Origin: Felis catus
Lineage: Eukaryota
NCBI RefSeq assembly: GCF_018350175.1
Contig: NC_058379.1
Coordinates: 24,242,001-24,306,000 of the forward strand
Direction of reading: 5' to 3'
DNA: 64,000 nucleotides
The translations under genes were made by a program, and so were the position numbers. A model generated the notes under the pieces. It made no database searches. It worked only from the letters and a program-made list of their open reading frames with translations, and had not been told where the DNA came from. Of the stretch, positions 24,711 through 39,002 are shown in pieces; the stretch's first letter is position 1; each line of letters starts with the position of its first letter.

Positions 24711-25699
24711 AGGGTAGTTCGTGCCTGACATTTAATGTTTGTTTTCCTTTCTTCCACACAAACCATCCCTGCCACCAACTCCTACCCTGAAGATTTAATA
24801 AGAACGTACAGGTTTGTAAGACAGAATGAATGATTCAGTGTAGTTACATATGAAATAATTTCTTGCTTGTGAATGCTGACTTTTTTTCTGAGAAAAGGTT
24901 TTAACATTGAATGAATTCTCAATTATTTTAAATACTTTAATATAATTTTGTTTGAAGTGAAATGATGGACTATGTAACTATTTAAGATCCCTTCAAGCCC
25001 TGTAGTTTTATGGCTCTTTGTAGTTTTTGAAAAACCAATATAATATGCCTTTCTGGGTTTTAGGTTCTGATTTCTATGCAGTAAAAGTCTTTGGAAAAAA
25101 AAAAAAGAAGAGTGAGCTTCATAAGAAATTTTTCTTGTTTATGTANNNNNNNNNNNNNNNNNNNNNNNNNNNNNNNNNNNNNNNNNNNNNNNNNNNNNNN
25201 NNNNNNNNNNNNNNNNNNNNNNNNNNNNNNNNNNNNNNNNNNNNNNNNNNNNNNNNNNNNNNNNNNNNNNNNNNNNNNNNNNNNNNNNNNNNNTCAGCTG
25301 ACTCTGTGTCCTGAGCTAAGGGGAGTGGGGCTTGAGGGAAACAGGAGAGCAGGAGGGCTGGCTGGCGAAGGAGATGGTTCTGGACTCGAGGAGTCAATAG
25401 TCCCGTGTACTGTATAAGGAATTTTAGGGGGTGATTATTAGCATTTTGGCAGCAGTTATTATTTTTTTTTCTTTCCTGTGAGCTTTTATTTTGGGGGTCT
25501 AGCTTTGGAAGTTCTGTTAACTAGCCCTTTATTGGCTGTAGTATGACATACTCCTTTGTGGTTCCAAATATTTGTGGCTGTTGTGGGTTTTTCTTTTTAA
25601 TTTCAGTTCCTGTAATATTAAGACCAGCTGGTTAAAGCTATTTATTTTGATACAGAAAGGTATTATGACTAAACCGTGCTAAATAAAACTTCAGTCGGG

Positions 25700-25900
25700 G
25701 AGGCGGCATACTACAATGGGAAAGAACAGAGGCTTTGAAAGTTAGATCTGAGTTTGAATCCCAGCTCATTTGGTAATAGAGTGTGTGTGACATAGGGCAA
25801 TGTGCCCAGCTTCGCAGAGGCTCCTATCCCTCACTTGAAAAAATAAATGACTAATTCTTATGTTTCAGGGTGGTTGAGAGCATTAATTTATATAACATGT
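25700..25900 (+). mobile_element. MIR
   Basis: aaagaacagaggctttgaaagttagatctgagtttgaatcccagctc...gtgtgacatagggcaa. Confidence 0.8.
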
Positions 25901-28900
25901 CCTATATGTAAGGGTCTACCCGTGTTAGTACTTTTCTTTCTTATCCTTCCTCTTCCACTCCTTATTCGTAAAAGAATTCAGCCTCTGGTTTTCATAGAGC
26001 TAGAGCCTTACCAGTTCCTCTGGAGATGAAAGAAGAGAAAATCCCCCTTCCTCCTCCTAATTAAGGTTGGGGAGACTCATTTTCTCATCCCTTTGGGAAA
26101 CTTCCTTATCCCAATGGTGAGCTATATCTTATTTCATGCAGATTATAGAATTAGGATGATTATAAAATAACTTTGAGATTGGCGCATAAATGGAGCGCCT
26201 GTGTGGTTGTTAATTATAATAATTCTCATTGCTAATAATTCCAGTCAGAAGAATGGATTTATTATTCTCAGTTATGTTTCTTTTAAACATTCCCTGTTTT
26301 TCAGCATGTTAGAGGCTCAGCCCTACAGTTTCCTTCATGCTTTCAGACTCTTGGGTTTGGCAGGTAGGATCGTGGTTCAGTACTAGCGGCAAGGTATTTG
26401 TCATGTGTTGAGTCTTACCCATGTTTCAAAAATATCTTGAGATCAGATTCTTTGTATCAGGAAGGAAAGCTGAAGAAATTTTGAGTTAGGTTATTTTAGA
26501 GAGAACACGGTTGAATTGGCTGTTATTTTCTTGGGAATATTGCTTCAGGGGATATGTGTTTCATTCTCTCTGGTTAGTGGTTCTTCTTCAAAATGCAGCT
26601 TAAATGCACTTGTTTTGAACATGGGCTGATTTCTGAGTTATAAGACAGTGCACTAGATTGTTAGACCAGTGATCACAGGATGGCTGTGAGTATGGCTAGC
26701 ACATTCTTTCATGGGCATAGACCAGACACCAAATGACTAGTAGAATGACTGAGGCTGTTTAAAATAACAAGTGTTATTTGTTTCTGTTGAATTCTATAAT
26801 ATTACTGAAAAGCAACAGTGATATATGTATATAGTGATATGTAATGATTATGTTTATGTCTGTCTATATCTATANNNNNNNNNNNNNNNNNNNNNNNNNN
26901 NNNNNNNNNNNNNNNNNNNNNNNNNNNNNNNNNNNNNNNNNNNNNNNNNNNNNNNNNNNNNNNNNNNNNNNNNNNNNNNNNNNNNNNNNNNNNNNNNNNN
27001 NNNNNNNNNNNNNNNNNNNNNNCTATATATTTATATCTATCTTTGGTTGTGTTCACATATAAACAACAGCATATGCTTAATGTTGAAGTAAAGAATCCTT
27101 CCCTTCATCCTTTCTATAAGCTCCCAAGGAAATTAAAAATACCAGAACACTGGATTAATCCAAGTTTTTACTGTTCATGTAATTTTTTAAATAGGTAGAA
27201 ACTAGTTTTATACCAGCATTTGAAAGCTGTTGAGCAGCTGTACTGGTGCGCAGAATGCAGAACTCAGTGAAAATGTCGCTGCAAACAGAATGGGCTTCAG
27301 TAGATGTTTATAGACGTTTGCACATGTTCCAAATGAAATTATATTCATCTCCAGTGCCACATTCTACAAATCTCACAAAAAGGACTTACCTGTGCTCCAT
27401 AAAAGTAATCCTTTGGAATTCTTGAATTAAATTGAGGACATTGTTACTCCTTTGTATAGGAAACTTCTAAAAACACACATGAGTTTCCCATCTGGGTTTT
27501 TCTATCTAATCTCTACTGCATTTTATTCTAAATTTAAACAACTTCTTGGATTCTGTATTTTGGAGATAGTTGACTATTAGATAAGTTTATAGGTTTTGTA
27601 TACATCATTTATAAGGCGTTGTATTTTTTCACTCTGTGTACATGTGTCCATATATTCCCTTCTGCCACCAACCAGAAGTTGTCAGAGTGAAAAAAATTCT
27701 TTTCATTTAACTTTTTTTGTAAGAATAGCCTGGTTCTCTACTAGCAGAGGCTGATGTGAATTAAAAGGTGTTTGGAATTTCCTCTTGTGGGTCTAATAAA
27801 AATTTTAGTGTAGGTCTGAATGTGTATGTTAATTTCTCACATTTGTTTGAAAAATACTTTATAGTTTAAGCTATTCTAGTTTCTCTTATCTGTTAGTCTC
27901 CATTCTATAATTATAATATGATCAACAATTTGCTTTACAAATTAGACATGCTGCATGGATACATTTATTTGACAAAATTATGGTGTGATTTCAGCTCTGA
28001 AATATAAATTTGATTGGATCTGTATGAAAGATGAGTTTCTAACACATGATTTTACATATATGCAGGTGTGTATATTTTTAATTTTATACACACTTTTGTG
28101 TGTATCATACATACATACATACATACGTACATAAAATCATGGGTCTTGTAAATTAACTTCATCTTGCTTTGTCTACTTTTGTCTGTGAAGATTATATAAC
28201 GAAATGACTATTTTAAACCAATTTAAGCCCAAAGAAAAGGTTAGAGTAATTCCAAGTTTTATAAGATAATATATGTCTTAGGTCTGAATAGAAAAATATT
28301 GGCAGTATAAAAGCTAAAATCAAAGTGATCTCTGTGTGGTAGGATTAAACAATGGGCTTACTTTTGTTGTGCTTTTATATTTTTCTTAAATTTTCTAGAA
28401 TGAACACATATTCTTTAATGAGAATACTACAAATACTTTAAAGTAAATGTAGCTTAAATCCCTTTGAAAGAAAAACCTTAAACTTATTCTACCTTTTTGT
28501 TGAGAAATACATGATTTTACTTGATTAATAATATGAAAAATGTTTTAGTGTAAAGAACTTGAGTCCAAATTGCAAACTGTACTGTAAAATAGGTAATATT
28601 ACCTTTTCACGTCACCATCACATTAACATGTTAATTATGCTCTGAGAACACTTTTTTTTTTTTAACCTAGACCATATGTAGCAATTAGGAAATTTAACAC
28701 AAAACAACAGTTTTTAAAAGTATGTCCTGAGTGCAAATACATACCAAAATTTGCTAACATGAACATGTTTTTATGATATAGGCTGAGCTAGTTCAAAATT
28801 GAAAAAAAACCCCATAAGAATCAGGAAGTCTGACAGATTTCAAAAGAAACATGAAATGTACCCATGTTTTTATGACTTTGCAATTAATTGAGCAGCTTTT

Positions 28901-29799
28901 TCCCTTGCTCTACTGTTTTAATATATTGGTCTCCAAATGCCCACAATTCTTGTTTTCATTTATCTTCAATTCATCTTAATTAGCCAGTTAAACTAAGACA
29001 GTACTCTTTTGACCTTGAAGATGGATGCATCTTCGGATCGTCAGCGCCTTAGTTCTCATTGTGATCCTTGTAGGCTTTTGGAGATGCTGGATGTTGTACT
29101 CTTTGGAGACCTTAAAGTATTTTCTCTTTCTGGTCATCTAGTTTAATTCAATATTTCAGGGTATGCTTAGTACTGGAAAAAGGCCTCTGAGCCATGAAAA
29201 ATGTGGTTATTTTCAAGGGATTCATTAACCTGTAAAATGTTATTTTCTTTACTCTGGTCATTTTAGAGAGGACCTTGGATGCAGACCCTATTTATTAGAG
29301 ACTCCTGAGTGCATAAATCAATTTTGACGTTTTCTTTGGTCTGATGATAATGTGACTTGTTAATAATTACTGTAGTAACTTCCAATTAATGAGAATTGTG
29401 ACTTCAGATTAGGCTCCTTCTAATTAGTACTTTGTCATTTTACTTCATCAGAAAATGGTGTTTGCTGGTCTGGAATTAAGGAAAGAGTTCCATTTGGCAA
29501 TAGGTGGTTCATTAACACATGGAAAAGAAATAGACTGGCTCACACCCTTCTTTGCCAATTGCAAATGTTTTGTTAAAAGGAAAAGCTTGCTTTGCTTTGT
29601 GGGGGATGGGTGTGGCAGATTTCTTACACAAAACTCTTACATTAGGTTTTCTCTTTAGGAAGAAGGTGTTTGAAAAGGAGACATTGAAATGAAACCAAGT
29701 GTGGCAATCACAAGGCTCTAAATGGTTGTGAATGTGGAAGTATTAAGGAGATATTTGGAATGCCTCAGTAGTTAGCCACTCTATAAATAAAGATCTCAT

Positions 29800-29960
29800 T
29801 TCATAGAAGAGGTAGGGTTTTAGAATGTTACAGTTTTAAGGAACCTTAAGAGATTACTTAACCCAACCCCTCACTTTAGAAATGGTGGAATGGAGGCCCA
29901 GAGAGGGAAGGTAATTGACATTAACATAGCAGGTCAGTAACAAGGGTTGGACCAACCCAA
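29800..29960 (-). mobile_element. MIR-type fragment
   Basis: ttttagaatgttacag...aaggaaccttaagagatta...cccaacccctcactttaga...gaggcccagagaggg. Confidence 0.75.
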
Positions 29961-32659
29961 GGTTTCTTTACTCCCTGTACAGTGTTCCAGTTTGCTACCA
30001 TATATTGTTACTGTTTTAATTGCTGTGCTATCAGGAAGATTAATCTAGTCTAAATGTTTTACGGGAAATGCGATTATGATTGAACTAGAGACTAGAAAAT
30101 ACAGCAATTTATTTTCTTTAGGTTTGTAAAAAATTTGGTACCAGAGAACGTTAATTTCTTTCACCACAGTTAACAAAGTAAGTGATGAGTAAGTATAAGA
30201 ATTTTGAATTTTGGCATGTAAATGCTTTTTAAATTAAATGTCATTTGGAATAAAGGAGACCAAATATGTAACTTAAGAGATTTTCCTAGAGGTAGGTGTA
30301 GCTACTGCTGAAGGCTGGATGGAAGCAGCGAACACTCAGGTCTGAATTGAACGTTGGCAGAACGATGAACATAACCTCGTTCATTTTCACCTAGAAGTCA
30401 CCCCTTGGCATCATAGGGCAAAGGGACATTCTGACCTCATCGCTTCAAGGGCTCTTTCTGCCGTTGCAACGTGAGACAAAAGCTAAAAGGATCAGGTTTT
30501 GAGCGGATACTGATGTCTCCAGACTGTTTTGATTTCCAGTATACTGATATCCGTATACTAAGTTCTATCTATTTATGTTGAAATCTAGAGGCCTTCACTC
30601 TCAGGGGAGGATGAGTGAGACAGCAGGAAGAGATCAACTTTCGAAGCCTCCCTTTTTGTTTTGATTACAAGGTGTTTTTACAGTTGTTACTTTTGTCCAG
30701 TCTTAAAGCAAACTATTCACATTGTTTGAAATAACCATAAGAAATTTTGAATGATTTTCAAATAGACTAAATTGAGCTCTTGTAATTTAAAATCGTTTTA
30801 TTTTTGTTTGCGTTGGCTCTGCTTGTTGCGCTGAAATATTTCTTCAGGAAGGACCTCTTCTGATCTGTGGTCTCCCTGGCAAGTGAAATCAGTGTAAGCG
30901 CTTGAATTTCAGATGCATGTTTTTTACATTTAAATTGCTGTCCTCTGCTATAGGAAGAGCTCACGAAAACCATCTATAGTTCATAAGGCTGGACTCTTGC
31001 AGTGAAATTAGAGGCCATTAGAACTATTGGTCTTATTTCCAACTGAATTAGTTAACTGCCTGTTAAGGTTCAGAGCTTATTGACCAATAGGCATTTATTA
31101 CCCTGGCCATAATGACACAATGATTTCCATTAAATTCCAGAGTTTATGGAAATAAAAAAGAGATCTTGTGAAGAAAGTGGTTAGTGGTTGCATTTGATTA
31201 TTAGGATTAATTAGGCATTTAAATGTAGATATAAAGTATGTTTTAAAAACAAGTATTTCTCTTTCGTTGCTCTGAGCCAATTGTGCTGAAGGGGATGAAG
31301 ATTTTGTTGTTGTTCTTAAAGTACTGCTGGTTCTCTTGTGTCACGAAGTGTATACACTGAAATTGCTGAGCCATGTCTTTAGAGAGTACTTATCAATATT
31401 ACAGGATATTTGGTCGTTTAACATTTGCCATTAATAATATTCAGGATGATTTTGAAAATAATCAACATGGTTGATATAAGGATATTAAATGCGTTCATCT
31501 GGGAGCTTAAGAAAATGATTTGTCTTTTTTTCGAAGACTTTTAGTATGAGAGTTTCAGAACCTGTGTTTCCATCACATCTATATTTTTATTTAATTATGG
31601 TCACAATTTTATAATTAATAAGGATTCTTTACATTGGATATCAACTAAATTAGGGGCTTTGCATATCGTTTTTGAACTTGTAGTGGTTAAAAATGTATCT
31701 TAGGAGCTACTTAAAAGAACTTATTAAAAAATTAATGTATCCTGCAAGAAGGTAGAGAGAATGACAGATTATGAAGTAGAACCTAGTTTTTAAGCTTTGG
31801 GGAATCTATCCATTGCATTAAAAATTGATGTAGGATCTGAATATTCATCTGTAAGATCATTTGAAATGATAAGCTGCAGAATTAGAGCTGCTTCTCTGTA
31901 GNNNNNNNNNNNNNNNNNNNNNNNNNNNNNNNNNNNNNNNNNNNNNNNNNNNNNNNNNNNNNNNNNNNNNNNNNNNNNNNNNNNNNNNNNNNNNNNNNNN
32001 NNNNNNNNNNNNNNNNNNNNNNNNNNNNNNNNNNNNNNNNNNNNNNNNNNNNNNNNNNNNNNNNNNNNNNNNNNNNNNNNNNNNNNNNTTTCAAACTCAG
32101 AGATCCAAGAGCGTTATGGGTAAAGCTTGCTAGGTTAAATTCATATCTGTCCTGGCTGGGGAGCATGCTGAGCCATATAAAAGATGTAAATATGGATTTA
32201 GTCTTTCTGGATTTCAGCGTCTGAGCAAAGGAAGGAGAGAGCTGAGATTGTGAAAGACATGGAGTTCAAGGCATGAATGCGGAAGCAGCTAGGATTGCAA
32301 ATTTAGGAAAAGCAGAATGAGAGAAGGTGTGCTAGTGGAATGGAATTATTAGGTTAATAAATATTTATTGATGGATACATTATATCTCTGTGGTAGGTTG
32401 TATCTATGCAGATATGAATAAAAAATACCCCTGCTTTGAAAGAACTCACTTTCCATTAATTCATTCGTTCATTTGTTCGTTCATTCAGTAATCATCGGGT
32501 ACTGACTCTGTGTCAAATAACCACCTTGGAAACGCAAAGATGAAAAGGCATCGTCTCTGTACTTCAAGAGCACTCAGTCTGTGGAACATATTCCTGACAT
32601 TCCTATTTGGAGCACAGAAAAAGTGTTTCCTTGTAAATGTTTTAGCGGGAAGCTGCACG

Positions 32660-33090
32660 CTATAGGAATGGAGACCTGGCTTCAGAGTTAGACAGTTCTG
32701 GGTTTGAATCTGTGTTCTGTCGCTTAACAAGCTATTACCTTGGACAAGTGACTTACCCTTTATTAGCCTCAGGACTCTTATCTTTATGTTTTTAAATAAT
32801 TTTTAAAAATTTTTATTTATTTGAGAGAGAGCATTGAGTAGGGGATGGACAGAGAGGGGAAGAGTCAGAGAGAGAGAGACAGAATCCCAAGCAGGCTCTG
32901 TACTGTCAGCGTGGAGCCTGACGTGGGGCTCAAACTCATGAACTGTGAGATCATGACCTGAGCCAAAGTCAGACGCTTAACCAACTGAGCCACCCAGGAC
33001 CCTTATCTTTAAAGAAAGACATAGTCTGCCTTACAGGATTATTAAGACTAAATAACATTACTTATGTGAAGGAGCTTGCCACATGCTAAC
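32660..33090 (+). mobile_element. MIR split by a SINE
   Basis: tctgggtttgaatct...ccttggacaagtgacttacc...[SINE]...caggattattaagactaaataac. Confidence 0.75.
32787..33001 (-). mobile_element. CAN-SINE
   Basis: TSD CTTATCTTTA at 32777-32786 and 33002-33011. Confidence 0.93.
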
Positions 33091-36000
33091 ACATATCAAT
33101 TTCATTTCTGATCCTTACCTTAATATTGCTAGTCCTGTGGTCCAGTGACATTTTGTTTGAAGTAGATCATTGTGAACTGGCTGGGTAACGTAACCATACT
33201 TTAGAGGATAATTTCTTTTTATGGTGAAAATGCTTAAAACATGCTGAGTAACTGACTCAAAAGTTAAGTTTTAGAAGACAGTCCCTTTGTAAGTTGGGGA
33301 AGACCCCTATTCAGTTTTTCCATGCACTTGTTTATATGTTGCTTTGAAATAATTCCTTAATTATTTGATGTGCAGTTTTTATGTATCTCCCCAGGTTGAT
33401 TATTTGCTTTCTGAAAGCTGAGATTAATGATCTCTTCTTATATACCCCTGTAGCACTGAATTCATTTATACACAGTAGGTGGAGAACACATTTTTGATAA
33501 AAGGTGATAGAATTACAGAAAAAACCATGAACGATTAAATTAATAAAAAATGTGAAATCATTTTGATTCTGCAGTTTGAAACTTGTCAATGAATGATACT
33601 AGAAAATGTTTCAGTCTAAAAGTTTCAGAGAGAGCTTAAATGATAGAGGGAGCTTCCAGTTTAGCAACTTGTAACATTCGGGAGAGATGCAGAATCCATC
33701 GTTGTTCCAACAAAAGCTACGCGTCCAATGGCATACCAGAGTGATGTGGTGCAAGTGACCATACCAGGTCAAACAAGAGCATTAATCTGGAACTGTTTAG
33801 CCAATCCAGGCACCAGTTGACTGTGAATGTTACTGTTGGTGCACGATTACCAAGACCTAGGTTTATTAATAGAGTTATGTAGTTGTTTTGGTGGTTGTGC
33901 CTGTTTTCAGATGATTTTGTAAAATATAGATAATCCCATTGAATAGGTACTTGATATTATGTTGATCATATTTGATATGTATATTGCATTTAAGTGATAA
34001 CCTGAATGAAATTTCTGAACATTTCTCAATCAAAATAATGTTTTAAGTTTCTAGTTATGTAGGAAGTGCTATACTTTTCTGATGGCTCTTTTTGAAAGGG
34101 AATTCATTTGCCCCATCTCTGATGTTTCTTTTTTGGAATTGCTGCCATAATTTCAATAGGAATGCATCACGGAAAGGACTATTATGCTGATGAATGAGAG
34201 CTTCCTGTGCCTGTTGGCAGGCACTAAGTAGGCTCTAAGCAAACTGAAATTCATTGAATCTTAGCAGGGCTATTAAGAAAATAAGTGCAAATTGTCAGGA
34301 GAAGAGAGGTTTGTTCCTTAACATCATCACTTGACTCTTGGGTAAGAAATGTTAGGCAAGAAAGAGACTGTTTCAATTTGTCATCCTCCCGAGACTTCAA
34401 GATGTTATCTGTAGTNNNNNNNNNNNNNNNNNNNNNNNNNNNNNNNNNNNNNNNNNNNNNNNNNNNNNNNNNNNNNNNNNNNNNNNNNNNNNNNNNNNNN
34501 NNNNNNNNNNNNNNNNNNNNNNNNNNNNNNNNNNNNNNNNNNNNNNNNNNNNNNNNNNNNNNNGCATAAACCCTTTCAGGATTAAAGTCTCTGTAAATAG
34601 TATGTGCAGAAAAGAACTGCCTGTTCACAGGGGTAATGTGCTCAGAGGACGGCACCGTGAACTTGAACCTTTTTTACCTTAGTTTTTCCAACCATAAAAT
34701 AAAAGCCATTTTCCTTTCTAAGGGGAAAGCTAGATTAGCTCATGGAGTTTTTTGTTGTTTTGTTTTAATAAACAGTTGACAATTGGTTAGGTTTAGGGTA
34801 TAAGCCCTGACCCACGTTTTATGGACTTTGGTTCCAATGTCAAGTTAAGTTTTCAGAACCTTTCAAGTTCTACTAGGACCTTTCTTTTTGTATGTATCTA
34901 TCACCTGTTGGCCAGTCTGAGAACTAGGTGGTAGTTTATATCCTAGAGTTTTGTTCTCAAAGCCTTTGGTATGATATTTAGGGTCAGATCCATAACACCT
35001 CTCAAAAGCTCCCTCCTATCATCTGATCTCCTTGACACTTCCCAGCTCTCTGGCTGTCCACCTCCCTTCCCATCCTCGAGCCCAAACTGGGACTTTCCCT
35101 GCTTTGCCAGGCATATCCCATCATTACTTCTATATGAGGCATCAAATAGTAAGAGGGCAGAGAGAGACAGAGGAAAAAAAAAAAAAAACACATTGGGACT
35201 CATCCTGTACTCTTGGGACCATAGCTCTTGTGACCAGAGGAAAGGGTCCCCTTCATCAAAATTTGGGCTGCCTGTCCAGCAACTATTGCTATCCCTCCCT
35301 CGTTACTTGCCTGGAGTGTTAGACTGGGAAAGAATGGAAAGAGGATTTAAAACACAGGATTTTCTCCACTCTCACCCTCAGGAGTCCTCTTTTTTGCTTC
35401 TTTGACCAGATGGAAGAGACTTTTTTTGGAGTGTTTTCTGTTTGAATCCAATGAGTACTTCCTTATTTTGAGCCGCTTTTGAATCCAAGCCAGGTAATAC
35501 CAGATGGGAAGGATAAACAAAATGGAAAACCCATTGCTGATTTGGTACTACTTTGAATTCTGGACTCTTTCCTTAATTCATCAGCTACCATTTACCGTTC
35601 AGAGTCCTCAGCTGTTCCATAAAGTCTTTCTAGGTTGTAGTTGTATTCAGTGGGAAAGACTGGATGCTTACTCCATGTTGCCTATGGAGTAATGGAACCC
35701 CCTTCTCTTTTGAAAAGATATAAAGTGTACAGTTACATTTTTGTGCTAGTAAGTATCAAAAGGCAGACATTTTCCTTTTTTTTGTTTTTCATTGTGCTAT
35801 GTGCTGCCTGAACACACATGCACCAATGTGGAAAGACTATATAACGTAGGAAGGGGAAAGATAGAGGCAGCGAAGTTTCTCATTTAGAAAAACACGAGTG
35901 AAATCCTTGTGCAAGCCTTTTGAGGGCATGTATTCTTACTTTCAGCTCTGCTCTCACCCCTTGCTCATGTCACCTTCTTTATGTCCCTTTCCCGAATACC

Positions 36001-36274
36001 TACTCTTTTCTGGAGACTCCTCCTCTGAGCTAGCAGCCGAACCCCTTGACAAAGGTTAGGTTGCCTGTAGTGTTTGCAGTGCTTCTCAAATTTTGCTTTG
36101 CCAAACATCTCAAGTCAGAAGAGAGGGGTTCTTCCAGGGATTAGGACTGTCGGCAGAGTAGAGATGGGCATTTCTTTATGTTTTCCTTTTTAAGAAATTA
36201 TGTGAGTTCTTCATTTTCTTCTAGAATTTCTCATATAAAAATAATTCCCCATTGATTGTTTAAAAAAAAAAAAA

Positions 36275-36420
36275 GTACCACTATGGGGCAGGATGCTGAT
36301 AGTGGGGGAAGTCCTGAGTGTGTCAGAACAATGCTTATATGGGAATTCTTTGTAATTTTCATTCAATTTTGCAGTGAATCTACAACTGCTCTAAAAATAA
36401 AGGTCATTAATTTAAAAAAT
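36275..36420 (+). mobile_element. L1MC-type 3' UTR fragment
   Basis: aagtaccactatggggcaggatgctgatagtggggga...tatatgggaattctttgta...caattttgcagtgaatctacaactgctctaaaaataaag. Confidence 0.8.
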
Positions 36421-38239
36421 TCTCTCCCAGCAACTTCAAATAAATGTGACGTTTCAGGAGATGTGTTATGGCATTGTACAGCTTTGCCTTTCTCCATGGT
36501 AGAATGCTATGGACTCCCATTTAAGTTATCATTTTATGAGAAAAAGAAGGGTTGATAGAAAAATTATGGAGTGAGTTACTGATGGCGGAGTTTCATGTGC
36601 TCACAGAAACCTTAGGTAGAACTCCTATATCCCAATACACAGCACTTATGGCAGTCAGTTCTGTTAGGCTGCTTTCTGGAAGGAACGCATTCCCATTAAC
36701 CTGGCATGGTTTAGGTATAGCTACATTATGGTAGGTGACATGCCAACTGTTTTTTTTTTTTTTTCAATAAGTAGGTGAGAATTCAGTCTTTTTTAATTCC
36801 CACATCGTTAGCTTCACTGTTTTTCCACATCCACCATTCTCTCTGTCCACCACTATTTTGTTTCCGTTTTGCTTCTGGTCTTCGCACATTCCCCAGGAGC
36901 AGGCTGTGTGTGTGAAGGCACACAAACTCTGTGTTCCAGGATTAATTGAGAATTGGTAGGGTAGGGGCATAGAACTCATGTGAAAGCCAGGTGATTTCTT
37001 GGAGAATGTTCAGGAAATTCTCTGGTTTTCCTCTTGGCATGATTTTACACCCCTCCTATGCCACACCCATAGAGTGAAGGCACAAGATATGGAAAGTTCA
37101 GAACCATTGCTCTAAGGGACCTCAGACTTCTTTCACTGTTTATTTTTAAAGCTTAGAAGAGAAACTCCAGATGATGGTACACACGTTTTATAATCTGACA
37201 TAAACATTAACATTGGGAGTCCCTCCAACACTAGAAAATGACATCTACTTAGTTATTTAACTCCTGGTTGTCATTTCATCTTTTCTTTAACTTCTTATCA
37301 GATTTCTAATTTATTTTTAAAATAGGATTTCCTTGTAATTTTTTTACCTTAACACTTTTGATACAATTAGTTAAAAATTAATTTGGGGAAATAGCTGATA
37401 CAATATGAAACAATCAGGACTGAGAGACGATTTCCTTTAGAAATTGATATTAAATGAACCCAGAGCCGATGTTGGGGAGAAAAACAATTCACAGCTGCAG
37501 ATTTGGTTAGAACATTATGTTTAGGCCATTTGGGCCTCTGACTCTGGGTTGCAAACTCAATAATGGTGTTTGCTAAAATAGCTTCCAATCTCTTGCATGT
37601 GCTTTCAGCATATAATCAGGCAGACTAGTAAAAAAATAGAAGTGTAGTTTTCTGGAGAGATAGGAATGATTACTCCCAGCTGAGCAGGTAAAACATATTG
37701 CTACATGAAGAATGTGTTCTTTGCTGATTCTCAGGGTTTTCTTTATTTTTATTTTTACTTTTAATATAAAGTGTCAGCAGACAGAAGCAAGAGAAAATTC
37801 ACTTGAAAATGTCAGAAAATAAAAGAAGCCTAGCAAATTGTATTGCAGGTAGAAATCCATTTCAGCCAGCAAACAAACAAGCATTGGCTGAGAAGCTTGC
37901 TGATGGCTCCTTTTGTTTCTTGATGATTTAAAGCCTCATGCTTGTAATCTAATTAACATCGAACTGAGTTGNNNNNNNNNNNNNNNNNNNNNNNNNNNNN
38001 NNNNNNNNNNNNNNNNNNNNNNNNNNNNNNNNNNNNNNNNNNNNNNNNNNNNNNNNNNNNNNNNNNNNNNNNNNNNNNNNNNNNNNNNNNNNNNNNNNNN
38101 NNNNNNNNNNNNNNNNNNNNNNNNNNNNNNNNNNNNNNNNNNNNNNNNNNNNNNNNNNNNNNNNNNNTTTTGTGAGCATAAGAGTTCTCAGACAAAAACC
38201 TTGATTTAGAGGTTAATTGCACACCATTAATTTATCAAA

Positions 38240-38450
38240 GAGGTAGTGTGGAATACTGGAAAGAGAAATAGTTTGGCAGTGGGTCTGTCTCGCTTTGTAA
38301 CTGTGTGATTTGGGGCAAGTTTCATAACCACCTCTTTTGGGCAAAAGGTATTGTAGGAACTTCTTGCAAGATAGCATGAGGGTTAGTGATAAACTATGGA
38401 AAGCACCTAGCCCTGTGCGGGGTACAGGATTAGCAGTTCAACAAATAACC
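38240..38450 (+). mobile_element. MIR
   Basis: tgtaactgtgtgatttggggcaagtttcataacc...tatggaaagcacctagccc. Confidence 0.7.
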
Positions 38451-38808
38451 AGAAAAACTGGGGGGAAATAAAACACCTACTTATATGCCGTAGAACTTAA
38501 TGATGATTTACAGTGGCGGGACTGCTTATATATAGCAAGGCGGGGCTCTCATTAATTCTAAAATAGGTGTCAGGCTTGGGCCTTACAACACCTTGTAATT
38601 CTCATCAGTGTTATCAGTATAAAGTCTCTGGAAGACTGTTTCATGTTTCTATAGATAGATTTTTTTGGTCATCTATTTTCTGCCACCTCCTTCTTCTTTT
38701 TCACCTGGGTCGATGGACCTTATTTAAACTGCATATGATGTTTTTCCAAATAATGAATTTACTAGAAAATTGAAGCTTACACAATCAACTGCCAAAGTGT
38801 AAACGTTT

Positions 38809-39002
38809 TATTTTTTTGTGTGAGAGAGAATGAAAGTGAGCGAGAGGGAGTGGGAATGTGCGAGGGGCAGAGGAGAGGGAGAGAGACAATCTTAAGCAGG
38901 CTCCCCATGCGGGGCTCCATCTCATGGCTTTGAGGTCATGAGATCGAGATCTGAGCCAAAATCAAGAGTTGGATGCTTAACCAACTGAGCCACCCAGGCA
39001 CC
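38809..39002 (-). mobile_element. CAN-SINE
   Basis: Degenerate TSD CCAAAGTGTAAACGTTT (38792-38808) / CCAAAGTGTGAACATTT (39003-39019). Confidence 0.92.

Noticed and set aside
27384-27392. Perfect minus-strand donor CAG|GTAAGT suggesting an antisense exon
   Set aside because: A single 9-mer is expected about once by chance in a window this size, and no matching acceptor or ORF was found.
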